Below, piece by piece: positions 25,201-38,469 of a stretch of DNA of 64,000 nucleotides. Both the position numbers and the translations under genes were made by a program. Source of the DNA: Paraspadella gotoi (Eukaryota; Animalia; Chaetognatha); assembly GCA_051294375.1 (NCBI GenBank), contig JBJCIZ010000239.1, positions 4,407,834-4,471,833 of the forward strand. Reading direction: 5' to 3'. How positions within the stretch are numbered: position 1 is the stretch's first letter; the number at the start of each line of letters is the position of its first letter. A model generated the notes under the pieces. It was not told the DNA's origin and made no database searches. It worked only from the letters and a program-made list of their open reading frames with translations.

Positions 25201-28200
25201 GCTCTCTCTCTCTCTCCGCTCTCTCTCTCCTCTCCTTCTTCTCTCTCTCTCTCTCTTGTGTGTCTCTCCTATTTAAAGGCCCTCAAGTGCCTAAAGCCGC
25301 AAGTAATTAATATTGTCTATTGTCTATTTCTCTATCTTTTCTTTCTTTCTCTCTCTCTCACCTGGCATTTCGGGCCCATAAAACCCGTCTTACAGAGACA
25401 CTCGTACGTCCCTGGCAAATCTCTACAAACAATCGTGTTGACCTGAGAAAAATTTCAGTGGGGGAAAGAATGAACGAATGTGTTGATTAATGAATAAATT
25501 AATGAATGACTGGTTTAATCGATGAATTAGTTAATGAATGAATCATTAGATTGATAAATTTGTTATGAATGAATCGTTTGATTGATAAATTAGTTATTGA
25601 ATGAATCGGTTAATTGATGAATAAGTTAATGAACGAATAGATTAATTGATGAATAAGTTAATAAACGACTTGGTTAATGGATGAATAAGTTAATGAACGA
25701 ATCGATTAATCGATGAATAAGTTAATGAATGAATCGATTGATTGATGAATAAGTTAATGAATGACTAGGTGATTTGATTAATAAGTTAATGAACGAATCG
25801 CTTAATTGATATATATTAATATATATATTGATATATATTTCCTCCTTCTCTCCCTTCCTCTCCCCTTCCTCCCTTCCTCCCGACTCTTTCCTCTCCCTCC
25901 CTTTCTCTCCCTCTCCCTATCTTCCCACCTTCCCTTCTATCTTCCCTCTCCCGCCTCGTTTCTCCTTCTCCCATTCTCCTCCTTCTCTCCCTCCTCTATC
26001 CCAACCATTCCCTTACTAGTCTTGCCGTCCCCCTTCCCGTTTCTCCGCTGTTCTGCCTCATTCTCCTCCCCTCCCTCCAATTCTCTCCCTCCCTCGCCCC
26101 CTCTCTTTACCCTCGGCCCCACGCAGTCACCGAACCCTCCATTGGAGATGCATTCGTTGATGTTCCGTTCGCACCTGTCCCCCGTCCACCCGGACGGGCA
26201 GGTGCAACGGAAACGCGTGGCTTCGTTGACGCAGATGGCGCCGTTCTTGCAAGCGTCGGAGGTGCATTGGTTGATCTCGCATTTCGAGCCGGTGAAACCT
26301 TTGGAATGAGTTGGAGAAACTAGTTTTGGCTCTATTTTCCGATAGCGCCTTATTTTCGTTCCTTAATCTCTGAACTTATTATTAAGTCTAATCTCTAAAG
26401 GTCTGTATCTAGCTATGGTAAGGCTCTATACTTTCGGCAGGAGGATATATATTGGTAACAAGAACGCGGGTATAACAAAGCAAGCGTGAGGGTAAAAGAG
26501 ATATCTAAGACCTGATCCATGATTTAAGAATAAGGAGGAAGGAATAACGAGGGGAGGAAAAAAATAAGAGCATCGAAAGTGGGAAAAGAAGACCCAAGGA
26601 GGATAAACACCCAGGCTGTAAAGGGAAGTCTTTATCCTGCTAATATTTAACTCTAATCAATTATCAAACTCTTAACCTAATACTTAACCCTAATCCTAAA
26701 CACTAATCCCAAATCTTTAACCTTAACACTTAACCCTAATTTAATTCTAAATGTGGCGTTTCGGTAAAATGAAATTTTCAGTATGCTTGCGGAACAAATC
26801 TGAAGGTCATCTTATTATATACACATATTGTATATATATTTTTACAATGGCTTTTATAAGGGACCCGCTAAAAAACAAATTGCGCAGGCCCCACTTCGAC
26901 AGTCTACCACCTGCTGGACAAACGCAAACGGCCTTGTTGGAATCCCGACTACATTGGGCTCCGTTCTGACAAGGGTTAGGATTGCAGACGTCCGTCGAGT
27001 CGCAATGTTCGCCGACGAAGGTCGTCTTGCAGACGCAAGTGTAACCTCCGTTTTTGTCGAGGCATTGGAGGGTGTTGTCCTGGAGGAGGAGGAGGAGGAG
27101 GAGGAGGAGGGAGAGAAGGAGGAGAATATAGGGGAAGAGAATTACAAAGTATTAGCTTTCTTAGCCTTATTTTCCCATAACGCCTCATTTAATCCTAAAT
27201 TTGGAATTAGATTAATTTTTTTAATGAAAGATTAGGTTGAAAATTAGATTAAGGGTTTAGGTTAGGGATTAGGCTAGCGATTAAAATTAAAAAATTTGGT
27301 CAGTGATTAGGGTTTAAGGTTAGGAGTGAGGGTTATAAATTACGCATAAAGGTTTAGGGTTAAGGTTAGGGCTTAGGATTAGGTCAAAGTTTGAGATTGA
27401 CCGTTAGAAATTAAGGTTAGGGATTAAGTTATTAATTTAAAAAAAATATATTTAAGTAGAATTTTAATTTTAATTATAATTCCGGGATAAAGCAAAATAA
27501 ATGGGGCGCTCTGAGAAAAGAGAGCCCCCCCGCCCCCCATTCGACACCTGATTGCACGGTCCCAAATTCTGATTGGCGTCGCACTCGTTCACGTTCGTCT
27601 CGCACCTGTTCCCTCTCCACCCGCTCGTGCATCTGCACGTGAAGGCGTTGAGGGCGTCGACGCAGGTGCCGCCGTTGAGGCAGCTGGTCGAGGTGCAGTC
27701 GTCGGCGTCTATGGCGCAGGTGGGGCCGATGTAGCCTGGTTTTGGAGGTGAGGTGTTGGAGGGGGTGGTGAAATGAAAAAGGTTGAAAATGGAAATTACC
27801 AGGGAAATTAGCAAATGGAAAGGGAAATGGGAAGAAAGAAACGAAAAATGAAAGTGGAAAATATAATTGGGACATGGAAATTTAAAAAAAAATTAAAATG
27901 GAATATTGAATTGGAAAATGTAAAAAAAATAAAATGGCCAGGCAAAATAAAAAATGGAAATAAGATAATGAAAAATCGTAAAAAACTCAAATTGATAAGT
28001 AAAATAGAAAATAGAAAGGTGGCTATGAAAAATGGAGAAAATGGAAATGGCCAGGGAGAAAAGAAAAGGGAAAATGGATAAAAATGTAATGGCGGGGGAA
28101 AAAAGAAAATGGAAAAGAGAAAATGGAAAAAAATGAAATGGCCACGGAAAAAAGAAAATGGAAATGAAAAATGAAAAAAAAAGAAATGGCTAGTAAAATA

Positions 28201-31200
28201 GAAAATGAAAATGAAATTTGCAAAATGGAAAAAAAGGAAAATGACCCTACCAGTCCTTCCCAGAGCCTACCAGACCCTGAGCAGATCTTAACCGACCTTA
28301 CCAGACCCAACCAGACCTTACCCAGACCCTTACCGGACCTAAACCAAGACCCCTTACTCCTCGAACCTCTCTGACATCTGCACTTGATCTTTGACGAGTC
28401 AGTCGGATCGATCTCGCAGACTCCTCCGTTGAGACAAGGAGACGGATCGCATTTGGTGACAGTGGCGCAGAATGGACCCGAGAATCCGGGAAGACAAAGG
28501 CAAGAGAAACCGCCCGGTTTGTTGGCGCAGAGTCGGGTGTTGGACTGTCGAAAGAAAAAGTCATGGTGAGTGGGGCTGATGCTTCGCCAAAAAAAACAAG
28601 TACATTTGTTTCTTCGTTTCTCTTATTGGCCAAAAATGACGAATGAACTCGATCGAAAAATTCGGCTCTCTTTTCCAAGAGTGCCCCATTTCTGTACGCT
28701 ATTCCCAGCAACTTAATTTTAACCTTAGTATAAAATTGGTACATTTTTACAAATTGAACTTAAATATGTTCTTAATGCTATAGACCAATCCATAACCTCA
28801 GGAAATAACAATAACCCCCTAATCCTAACTTAATCCCGAACCCAAACCTTTTAAACCCTAAAATCTTGTTCCTCACCCAAATCTCTAACCCTGATTACTA
28901 ACCAAGTCCCTAAAACCTTAAACCCTTAGTTAATATCTAACCTTAATCCCTAATCTTAACCTCCAGCCTAATCATTAACTAAAAATTAATGTAATTCCAA
29001 ATTTAAGCTAAAATGAGGCCATTCTGGGAAAATAAGGCCAAGTAAGGGGCAAGATAGGTTATTTATAAAGTGAATGAATAATTTTTATATATTGGTCTTA
29101 CCAATTTCGTTATCCTCTTCTACAACCTACATCCGACCCCACCACCCTAGGCCCCCCTTCCCTCTTTCTCTCAAACCCACCGCCACGCAATTCCCTTTCC
29201 CGCCGTTGGTAGCGCATTCGTTGATGTCTTGCTCGCAGGAGTCAGCCATCCAACCGGAACTGCATGAGCAGATGGGCCTGCCAGAGACAATATTGCAGAC
29301 GCCATTGTTCTTGCAGAATCCCTGACATGAGTTTGTCTCGCAACGAGGACCAGAAAAACCTGAGTAATATTTTTGTTTTTTGTTTTATTTTTTTTAATGT
29401 TGTTATTTTGATGCTTATTTTTATTTTTGATTGTTTCTTGTTGTTATTTGTTGTTAGATTTTCAATGTTGTTGCTTGTTTTTGTTTGCAGCTACATTCAC
29501 AACCACAATAATTACCGCAACAAAAGCAACCACCGCAACAAGAAAAACAACAAGAACAACAACAAAATTCTTAGCAATCGCAACAACCACAACACCTTTG
29601 TCCCCAAATTAACCATAACAACGACAACAACAACAAAAATTTAATAAGCAACAACATCAACAACATTAAGCACAACCACAATTCCACAATAATCTCAAAA
29701 ACCAAAACCACATCCACCACAACAACCTGATGGGCACTGGCACTTCGGCCTAGAAGGGTCAGCTGGATCGGGGGAGCAAGTCCCTTGGTTGGCGCAAGGG
29801 TTTGGCTGGCAGGCATTGACATTCTGGCATTGATCGCCAGTAAAAGCGTCTTTGCAAAGACATTTGTAGGAACCGTATAGATTTTGACAAACTTGGGTCT
29901 TTGTCTGAAAAGAGAAAGAATAAGAATTAAGAAAGAAAGAATGAGAATTGAGAAAAAAAGAATGAGAATTGAGAAAGAAACAATGAGAATTGAGAATGAG
30001 AATCAAGAAAGAATGAATGTGAATCTAAAGAATTTCACAGAATTTGTTTCTTTCCATTTGCTCATCCCTTAAGATTTCACCCACCCGATCACAAGGACCG
30101 TAAGGATTGTTCACCAAACATTCGTTGACGTCCTTGTCGCAAATTTCTCCCGTAAAACCTGTAAAAAAAAAGAGTGAATAAATAAAGAAAATATTCCAAA
30201 AAAGGTACCTATCTAGGTATGTATGTATCGAATAAACGAGTTATAAAATACTTAAGTACCTTTTAAAAAATATATTATCTTTTCCTGTAATCAAGTCAGC
30301 ATTATAATCAAGACATATTTTATGAATTAAACGAATTTCAAAAAATAAAAACAATTTTTTTTCCTAAAATATATAATTAAACAATGAAAAATAATTGTTA
30401 AGTACAAAATTACAAAATACAATATTATTAGATATTAATGATAATAATGAAAAAAAACATACAAACCTGTTTTGCAAGTGCAGACAAACTTTCTTTCAGT
30501 TTGAGATTTTGGATTTAATTTGCATTCGCCCTCTTTACACGGATTCGGCGAACAAGGTGACAGTTCACAACTTTTTCCATGGAAGCCGTTTTCGCAATAG
30601 CATCTTGGTTAGAGAGAGAGAATACAATTAAAAATTAGATCACCATTTGTCAAAAAAAAAAATATTAAAAAAGTTTTTTTAACCGACCATTTATTTATTT
30701 ATTTATTTATTTTTTTATTATTCCAATAAATTTTATGCCCCATAACTGTCTGTTCTCCCATTATTTAATTTTAGCCTTAACATTTAACCTAAATAAAGTT
30801 TTAAATGTAGAAACTAATCCCTAATCCAAACCGTAACCCTCAACACTTATCCTTAATGTCTAATCTTAAACGCTAGTTCGTAACCTAAAATCCCTAACCC
30901 TAATTACAAACCAAGTCCCTAACCTTAATCACTATCCTAATCCTTAACCTAATTCGTAATTTTTAAAATCAAAGAATTAATTAAATTTTTAATTTAAGAT
31001 AAAACGGGGCATTCTGGGAAAATAGGCCTATCTTTTCTTCCCCATCTCTTTCCTCCCTTTTCCCATTCATTTTCCCAATCAATTTTCCCATCTCAACCCT
31101 TCCCCTTAACTCATCTCACCTGTATCCATTGTTCTCGACCATGATGCACCTCCCTTGGTTCCGGCACGGGTTCGGCTCGAAGTTGCAGGGTCCCGGAGTG

Positions 31201-33164
31201 AAGGAAGTCGTCGGTTTCAGTGTGGAAACGGTGGAAACCGGAGTGGTAGCCAGAGTGGAAACGGTGGAAACCGGAGTGGTTGCGAGAGTAGAAACCGGAG
31301 AACGGGTGGGTAACGAAGTGCTGGTGGATGGCTGGAAGGGTGAGGGGGCGGTAATGAAAACTTCGCCCGATGATTGGTTAAATCCAAGTCGTCTCGACCA
31401 ATCAGAATTCGAGAAATTGGAAGTAGGATTGAGGCGGTGGTTATTTATTTTTTTAAAAAATTGTTGTTATTTTCCTTCTCGCTTTTGATCCACCGGACCA
31501 AACATAAACAACATGCTTTATTACAAAAAAATGTTTGGGAGTGATTTATAATTCCTTTTTTTATAATTTACCTTAGTCCCAATTAATGATCGAACTTAGG
31601 CAAAATTGTTTTTTTTAGTAAGTAGATGATTACATTTTTTTTTGCTTTATCTAGTAATTAACTGAATAAGAGTTTAGGAAATTAGCTTTAAAACGGAAAT
31701 ATAACTGAGAATCTCACTACCTAATTTGCTTTAATTAAAGAAGAATAATATTGCAACTTCCAAACAAAACAAAAAAGATAAATTAAATGTAAAATTAAAA
31801 AATTATCAAATTAGATCGTTTAGGGTATTTATTTTGAAATTGTAGATCATAATCAAATATAAAACTTTAATTTGCTTAACAGTCGAAGAGTTTAAGCCCT
31901 AATAAAAAAAAGCTTAGGTAATTTGAGAAAAAAAAAATTTCCAATACTATTTCATACACCCACTTTATCCCATTTTTTTTCTGCGCCCCCCTCTTTTCTT
32001 AACTTACCCCCCTCACTCATCTCAAACTTGGCTCCTCGAACTCACCTTGTAGACTTCGAACTGGAACATCTGCAAATCTCTGACGACGACGAATTTGTTG
32101 CCGTCCGGTCGACCTCTAACTCCGAGGACATTGAGGCGCCAGAATCGATGTGGACGGGAAACTTCGGAGGAGGCCAAGTTGACGGTTTTGATCTCTCTGC
32201 GATATCGAGAAATCAATTTAAGAAATCAATTAAAGAAATCAATCAATTCTTCAAAAATTCAAACAAGAAATCAATCGAGAAATGGATCAAATCGATCAAT
32301 CAATCAAGAAATCTAAAATTCGATCGAGAAATTCATTGTCGTCAGGCGTCGCAATGAGTTCACCCCCTGTCTATCAGCATGACACCTTCAGTCGTGACAC
32401 GGCGGCTCAATGATTAACGCCGGCAGATCATGACCATTATCCTAATCTCTAATAGTACCTTCCTGCGGGAAGCGCGAGGTCGAATGCACAAGTCATCTCT
32501 CACCGGGTCGCGACTGAAGGGGACTTACTTACAGGCGGGACGAACTTATACTATAACTTGCTATAAGTTATAGCAATGCCCGACTCGCGCTGGATCTTGT
32601 CTTTAAAGTCCGGCATCGATTCTTAACCTGACAGTCCAATTCCCGGTCACCCACTGCGTCTCTCCAACGGTCGTCCACGAAGTCTCTTGGTTTGGATTCT
32701 CGTCGGCGAACTGAATCTTTATACAGGGTGTTCAACGAGGGTATTGATTTAATGTTACGCAATGTTACGAGTTTGACAATGACAATAAGGGCTCTTTCCT
32801 CCGAAAGTGAGCCATTTTTTCCCCCCCGTTTATCCCAGATCGTATACGACACGGATTTTAAATGGGAGTGAAATGAAAAGATCAAATGCTGTGGCTAAAT
32901 AATTTGTTATAGCAACTTGAGATTTTGCACTGTGGTAGAAAAATGTTGCAAAAGAAGCCGCTGGAAGGCAAGCGCACCAGTGGTTATGATGTAAAGTATT
33001 ATCAATTTGCTACATAGGAACAAAAGGTCGCCAACCTCATAGACGGCTGGAGCGTCTAGTGGAACGTTCCATTGGTCGTTGTTGAGCCGAGTCCCGAATG
33101 AAATTCTAAAAAGGAAGGGAAGGAGAGAGAGAGGAGAGAGAGAGAGAGAGAGAGAGAGCAGAGA

Positions 33165-33221
<57 letters not shown>

Positions 33222-33875
33222 TTGATGAGAAAAAGAGATATGGGAAGGAAATAAATATTACTTTCTCTCTTTCTCCTCTCTCTCTCTCTCTCTCTCTGTC
33301 CCTCTCTCACCTACAAATCCTCTTCTCCCCTCCGACTCCGAAATCGAAGTAAATCCACTGTGGAGGTTGATCCCTCGAATGCCAATACTTTACATCTTCG
33401 GTGCACTGTGCCAGATCTTTCTCTTTGGGACACTCGGTCGTTTCGGGCCTAAGAAAATTTTTAGTTTGTTTTGTTTGTTCCGTTTGTTTGTTGATTTTTG
33501 TTTTGTTGGTTTTGTTTTGTTTTGTTTTGTTTTGTTTGTTTGTTTGTTTGTTTTGTTTGTTTCGTTTATTTCGTTTGTTTCGTGTGTTTTGTTTATTTTT
33601 TGTTTATTTGTTTTGTTTGTTTTGTTTGTTTTNNNNNNNNNNTTTGTTTTGTTTGTTTTGTTTGTTTTGTTTAATCAACAGTCTAAAGGTTCCGACCGAC
33701 CGACCAAAATGACCGACCGACCGACTTTCAAAAACTCATTTAACCTGAACGCCTTGATCGCGTCCCACAGAGGATTCTCGAAATGAGACTTGGCGTTCGC
33801 TCTCCCGACGGTCGCCAAAGCCACGTTCTCTGTGCCGCATCTGAAGCCGTTGGAATCGGTCGTCGAGACGGGCGA

Positions 33876-33920
<45 letters not shown>

Positions 33921-34909
33921 CTTTGTCGGTTTGTCCGTCGGTCTGGCGGCGCATTCAACGTTTTGTGGCCAGTCGCAGGACTGTGAGTTGCGGGTTGAAT
34001 CGAAGGCTGGATGGGCAATCCTGTGGAGTGGAGGAGGGGGAGAGAGGGAGGGGAGAGGGAGAGAAGGAGGGAGAGGGGGAGAGGAGGAGGAGAGGGGGAG
34101 ACGGAGGAGGGGGAGAGAGGGAGGAAAGAGAGGGAGGGAAAGGGGGAGAGAGCGAGGGAAAGAGGGAGGGAAAGGGGAGGAGAGAGGGAGGGAGAAGGGG
34201 AGAGAGGGAGGGAGAGGGAGAAGGGGGAGGGGGGAGAGGGAGGGAGAGGGGAAGAGGAGGGAGAGAGGGAGGGGAGAGGGGAAGAAGGAGGAGGGGGAGG
34301 GAGGTAGGGAGGAAGAGGGGCAAAGAGACACGGAGGCGAGCGGGAGAGAGAGTGGAAGAGAGTGAGAGAGGGGGGGAGAGGGAAAGGGAGAGAGAGAGGG
34401 AAAAAAGAGAAAGAGAGAGAGGGAGAAGAGAGAGAGAGACGGGAGTGAGAGAGAGAGAGTAAAGATAAAAGGAAAAAAAATCAGAGAATAAAAAAATGGA
34501 AAAAAACACAGATACTAGTTTATCTCAGCAATCATTATTATCTTCAATCTTGCTACGTCACGACCAAATAGCGCCACGCCAAAAGCAGCGCCACTGGCCA
34601 CACCACGGGCCAAGCTACCGGACACGCCACGGGCCACATCACGGGCCAAGCTCCTAGCCCAAAAAAACGCCACACCTTTATGTAAGGAATGTTATTCGCG
34701 CAATGGATAAAACGGCCGCAGTTGTTAGGATCCGGAAATAGACCGCTAGATGACTGACACGAGTAGTTGGGCGCCACCTTTAGTTCAGCGGCGACGGCGG
34801 CGGGAATGTCTCGTTTCTTACGGAAGATGGCGCCACGGAGATCGAAGGCCGACGTTAGGAGGCAGCAGGTCGCCAAAAACAAAAGAACGTTCGATAAAAG
34901 GGACGACAT
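14576..34909 (-). CDS. Secreted chitin-binding multi-EGF protein: signal peptide - propeptide(RKKR) - CBM14 - Thr-rich - F5/8 type C - S/T/P linker - >=19 EGF - CBM14
   Basis: Exons: 34676-34909, 33745-34020 (one extra C ~33978), 33311-33448, 33036-33105, 32628-32716, 32046-32196, 31120-31331, 30467-30603, 30085-30158, 29727-29904, 29181-29359, 28367-28544, 27548-27735, 26911-27079, 26111-26298, 25362-25442, 24904-24999, 24291-24495, 23366-23504 (one indel), 23102-into gap, 22674-22801, 20211-20381, 19851-20010, 14660-14816. Splice phases are consistent and EGF six-Cys patterns run across junctions. The extreme C-terminus is uncertain (stop at 14576 or ~14535). Confidence 0.85.
14660..14816 (-). 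CDS. Exon completing the C-terminal CBM14 domain
   Basis: Joins phase 2 to ...[21 protein letters not shown] (19851-20010), giving K|[38 protein letters not shown], six Cys in peritrophin-A spacing. Confidence 0.75.
14868..15155. repeat. Minisatellite, ~20-23 bp unit (ttgatgcgatgataaccaaat), ~13 copies
   Basis: Seen directly; the unit reappears at ~16005-16050. Confidence 0.85.
15155..18095. repeat. Locally repeated intronic segment (15155-15980 ~ 17130-18095; partial copy 16050-16350)
   Basis: Shared blocks: aatctcggatgtaaattt, gatcacgcaagagatc, gagttcccattttt, ctcatttgcatattgcagtaaatc. Confidence 0.8.
20725..20936 (+). mobile_element. HINE/DINE-1-like (Helentron-associated) element 3' end
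   Basis: (GACG)n microsatellite, then TATAG, a perfect 13-bp stem-loop agtcgggatctgc-ggaaa-gcagatcccgact, and an A run. Confidence 0.55.
21020..22500. repeat. Error-rich direct duplicate of 19830-20700 carrying two EGF exons
   Basis: 21020-21380 matches 19830-20180 and 21985-22500 matches 20180-20700, with many 1-bp indels. About 600 bp (21380-21985) is present only in this copy. Confidence 0.85.
21603..21880 (+). mobile_element. Short interspersed repeat family B with Pol III-like boxes
   Basis: Starts aagttcaccccgcc; contains TGGCTCATTG and GAGTTCGAAACCC. Related pieces at ~1787-1950, 32357-32546 and ~57045-57135 (reverse). Confidence 0.55.
24058..24249 (+). mobile_element. HINE-like element 3' end
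   Basis: (GACC/GACA)n, then tatagagttgc-t-ccgcgaatattcgcgg-c-gcaac-gaaaaa. Similar end at ~11110-11162. The body motif ggcgctagca..cacttag is shared with ~18655-18720. Confidence 0.5.
25490..25812. repeat. Intronic minisatellite, ~31 bp unit (gatgaataagttaatgaacgaatcgattaatt)
   Basis: Seen directly, ~10 copies. Confidence 0.8.
32046..33840 (-). CDS. F5/8 type C (discoidin/galactose-binding-like) domain exons
   Basis: ENVALA...WDAIKAFR|P...[17 protein letters not shown]...|ISFGTR...DAPAVYE|IQFADE...WTTV...|[13 protein letters not shown]...[10 protein letters not shown]. Confidence 0.75.
32357..32546. mobile_element. MITE-like family B derivative with imperfect terminal inverted repeats
   Basis: Left end agttcaccccctgtc...ccttcagtcgtgacacgg; reverse complement of the right end agttcgtcccgcctgt...ccttcagtcgcgacccgg. 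Confidence 0.5.
33950..34909 (-). CDS. Signal peptide, furin-type site and first peritrophin-A (CBM14) domain
   Basis: [21 protein letters not shown]...RKKR...[28 protein letters not shown]|[23 protein letters not shown]. Confidence 0.9.
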
Positions 34910-35172
34910 ATTTTTTTTGGGGGGGAAGTTTATTTTGTGAATGAGAATTTTAAAAAAAGGGGAAAAAAAAAATACTCCCGATGAAATGAAAAATTTTAAG
35001 GGAACGATTTTTTTTTTATATATATATATATATGTGGCGACTACATATATATATATATGTTTTATTATAAATTCCGCCGTTTAAGTATTAATTATTTTTA
35101 ATAAGTTTTTTTTCTTGATCGCATCCTCCCCTCAAAGGAATCTCGTGATCGATTTGAGCATGAGAGAAAGGA

Positions 35173-35243
<71 letters not shown>

Positions 35244-36145
35244 GACACGCTTTCGATCATCGATCGTCACAGAAGGAGATACTAATCCCCAGAATCGTCA
35301 CCAAAAAATTCAGTCTCAACTTCCGATCAATAAAATCTAGGGTTAACCTCGAAGCAACTTACCTGAATTTACTTATTTCAATAGCAAAATATTTTTTAAA
35401 AATTTTTTTTATACATTTTTGCTATCTAAGGATATTGAAATAATCCTGACTCTCTTTATTGGTTACTGATACTAAATGAAATCTTCATTGACATCAAAAA
35501 AAATTTATGTACATATTTAACTTTAAAATTAATATTATTTAAAACTATAATTATTGGATTTAAAATACTGATTAAAAGACCAACTCATTGACTGACTGAC
35601 CAACCTACCAACTGAAACATCCTTACTCACCCCAGGTCAACTTGTCTTTAGTATTTGCATAATCCATTCAAAGAATGTGAGACCGAATGAGAGAGGGAAA
35701 GAGTAAAAAATTAGCAGAGAATTAGAGTGATAATCATAATAACAAATTAACAGTAATGATCAAATGCTTATCTTATTTAATTTAATTTAATATAGTTTAT
35801 CCAACAATTGATTGATAATTGTCATTTAAAGCTTTTTTTAATCTATGTATGATGTCCCCCTTAAAAGATTGAAACAAAATCCTTAAATTGAGTTTATTTT
35901 TTTCAGAATAACAATGAAAACAAAAAAGAAAAGATGTTAATATAAAAGTAAAGGTTTAGTAAATATAGCAACATTTAGGATATTAGCTCACTCCCCTCTT
36001 CCTCTCTCTTTCTCTCTCTCTCTCTCCCTCTCTCTCTCTTCTCTCTCTCTCTTCTCTTCACTCCCTCCCTCGTCCTCTGTTCTTTCTATTTGTTTTCTAT
36101 TTACATTTGTTCTTCAAAACTGACCGTCGTTATGCGTGATAATCT

Positions 36146-36212
<67 letters not shown>

Positions 36213-36737
36213 TTACCTCTTTCTATTTATTTTCCTTTATTCTCGTGGAGCGAAAAACTCTTTCACAACGATATTCAAACCGAATCAGTAATTCAAGTCT
36301 AATTCTTTTTGGTACTAAAACCTGAAATATTCCAAAGTTGGCTGATCGATAATCTGAACTTTAAGACTAAACTAATTAAGCCGGCGTATTTTTGTTTGTA
36401 TTTAATAATTTATGTACCAGTCACCACGCTTTTGTGATTTTCTTAAAAATACCTTTTTTTATGACAACCTCCGGTATATTTAATTCTTTATTCAGTTTTC
36501 TATTCAATCAGTTTTCTATTCATTAAGTTTATTATTATTATTTGTTACGTATTAAAATATATAATTAATTCATTTAATTATTGTATTAATATGATTTTTA
36601 GGTCATCGTCTTGTAAATGTGTTTTTTTTTTGTTTGATAAATTTAAAAAAGTTAATCGGATTGTGCGCGTAAGAGAGACGAGACAGAGAGAAACAGAGCA
36701 AGCGAGAGAGAGAGAAGAGAGAGAAGAGAGAGAGAGA

Positions 36738-36780
<43 letters not shown>

Positions 36781-37624
36781 GCAATTACCATAATAATCGA
36801 CTAGAACAGGAACTAAGGACAAAAAAAATTATAAGGGCACAACTTCTAGTCTCCTTGCTCCTTTTTAAACATAACAGAAAAGATTGCGTAAAAAATGTCG
36901 TTTTCTCGTATATATATATTTTCAAATATAATAATATAGCTCTTGCAAACAAAATCTTTGCATAGTTGCGTTAATGAGAGGGTAGAGAGAGAGAGAGAGG
37001 AGAAAACGAGAGAGAGTGAGAGAGAGAGAGAGTTTGATATCACAATTATATCACAAATTAATATTTTATCCCAAACTCTTCTTGTCAGAGAAAAGCTGAG
37101 AATAATCGGCCATATTCTTCAAAACCGCCCCATTTCAGCCTAAATTCAGAATATAATTTTCAAGTTTAAAAAAAAAAGGTTAAAGGTAAAAAAGGTTAGA
37201 GATAAATGTTAGATTTTGTGATAGGGTTAAAATAGGGTAACAAAATTCGGTTACGCGATTAGCGTGAGGGTTTGAGGAGAGAGTTTAGGGAAAGAGATAA
37301 GATTAGGGTTAGGGATTAGAGTTTAAACATAAGGATTAGTAGGATTAGGTAGTTGTTTAAGGACTCGGGATAGAATAGAAGAGATTAGTTTAGACATTAG
37401 GATTAGAGTAGGATTGGAAGGTGACGGAAGGACTTCGGGTAGAAATAAAGAATTAGGGTTAGCATCAATGATTTAGAGTATGGATTAGGTTAGTGTTAAG
37501 GACTCGGGATAGGAAAAAGAGATTAGGTTAGAAATTAAAGGATTTAGCGTATATGGGATTAGGTAGGTGTTAAGGACTCGGGATAAGAAAAAAGAGTAAG
37601 GTTAGAAATTAAGGAACAGTATGA

Positions 37625-38420
37625 TTAGTTAGTGTAAAGGACTCGGGGATAGGAATAAAAGAATAAGGGTTAATATTTTAGTTAAAAATACCTTCAAAGA
37701 TTACCAATCACAAGCCCAAAATCAACACCCCAAAAATCTATAGCCCAACTATCCCCCCCGTCGTCATCCGAAGCCCAACGGATCGTCATAGACCAACTAA
37801 TCCCCTTATCCCCACCGTCGAAGTACGTCCTTACGTGTCTGATAGGACGCGTCAAAGATGTACGACTCTCGCCACGATGTTCAAGTTTCTAGGATCGTCA
37901 ACGGCGCCCACGGGCGCGTGTGTATTACTCGGCGTCTACCGGCGCCGTTTCTTCGCCCCCTCGCTGCGTCCGTCGCCTCGTAGAAAACGAGCCAGCATCG
38001 AGATAAACTCGCCGTCGCTGACGCCGTTTCTCGACCGGCGCCCCAGTCGTTCCGTCCGTTTCGTACCCGGTCACAAAGCTCGAAGGAGATTAGATCGGGA
38101 GCAAACGTGTCGCCCGACCGATTCTTCCTCTTCCTTCCTCGCGTCCTCGGCCGAGTTGGCGTCGAGAACGCGCGCCAAGTATTCGCGTCAACGACATCCC
38201 GTTGGCGTCGCGTCAAAGGGTGGCGGTGACGCCGCCCCGAGTAGAACCTTGGGAAAGATGAAACTTTTTTGTTGGTTTATGATATATATTATGTTATATT
38301 TTTAATTAATTCATCCTGGGACTTTTATTATTATTTTATTTTTTATTATCACTTTTGTTTAATTTCCTTGTTCTTATTTGTTTCTTTATTTGTTTATGTA
38401 TTTGTTATTGATTATTTTGG
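37625..38420 (-). pseudogene. Error-rich duplicate of 55430-56290 (last exon of the His-rich gene)
   Basis: Same sequence with frameshifts and deletions; stop codon equivalent at 37764. Confidence 0.8.
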
Positions 38421-38469
38421 TTGTTTCTTTATTAATTTGTCTCTNNNNNNNNNNNNNNNNNNNNNNNNN

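Noticed and set aside
14576-34909. Calling the EGF gene Notch, Crumbs, Delta or fibropellin
   Set aside because: No LNR, laminin-G, DSL, CUB, avidin, ankyrin or transmembrane segment seen; the termini are CBM14 domains.
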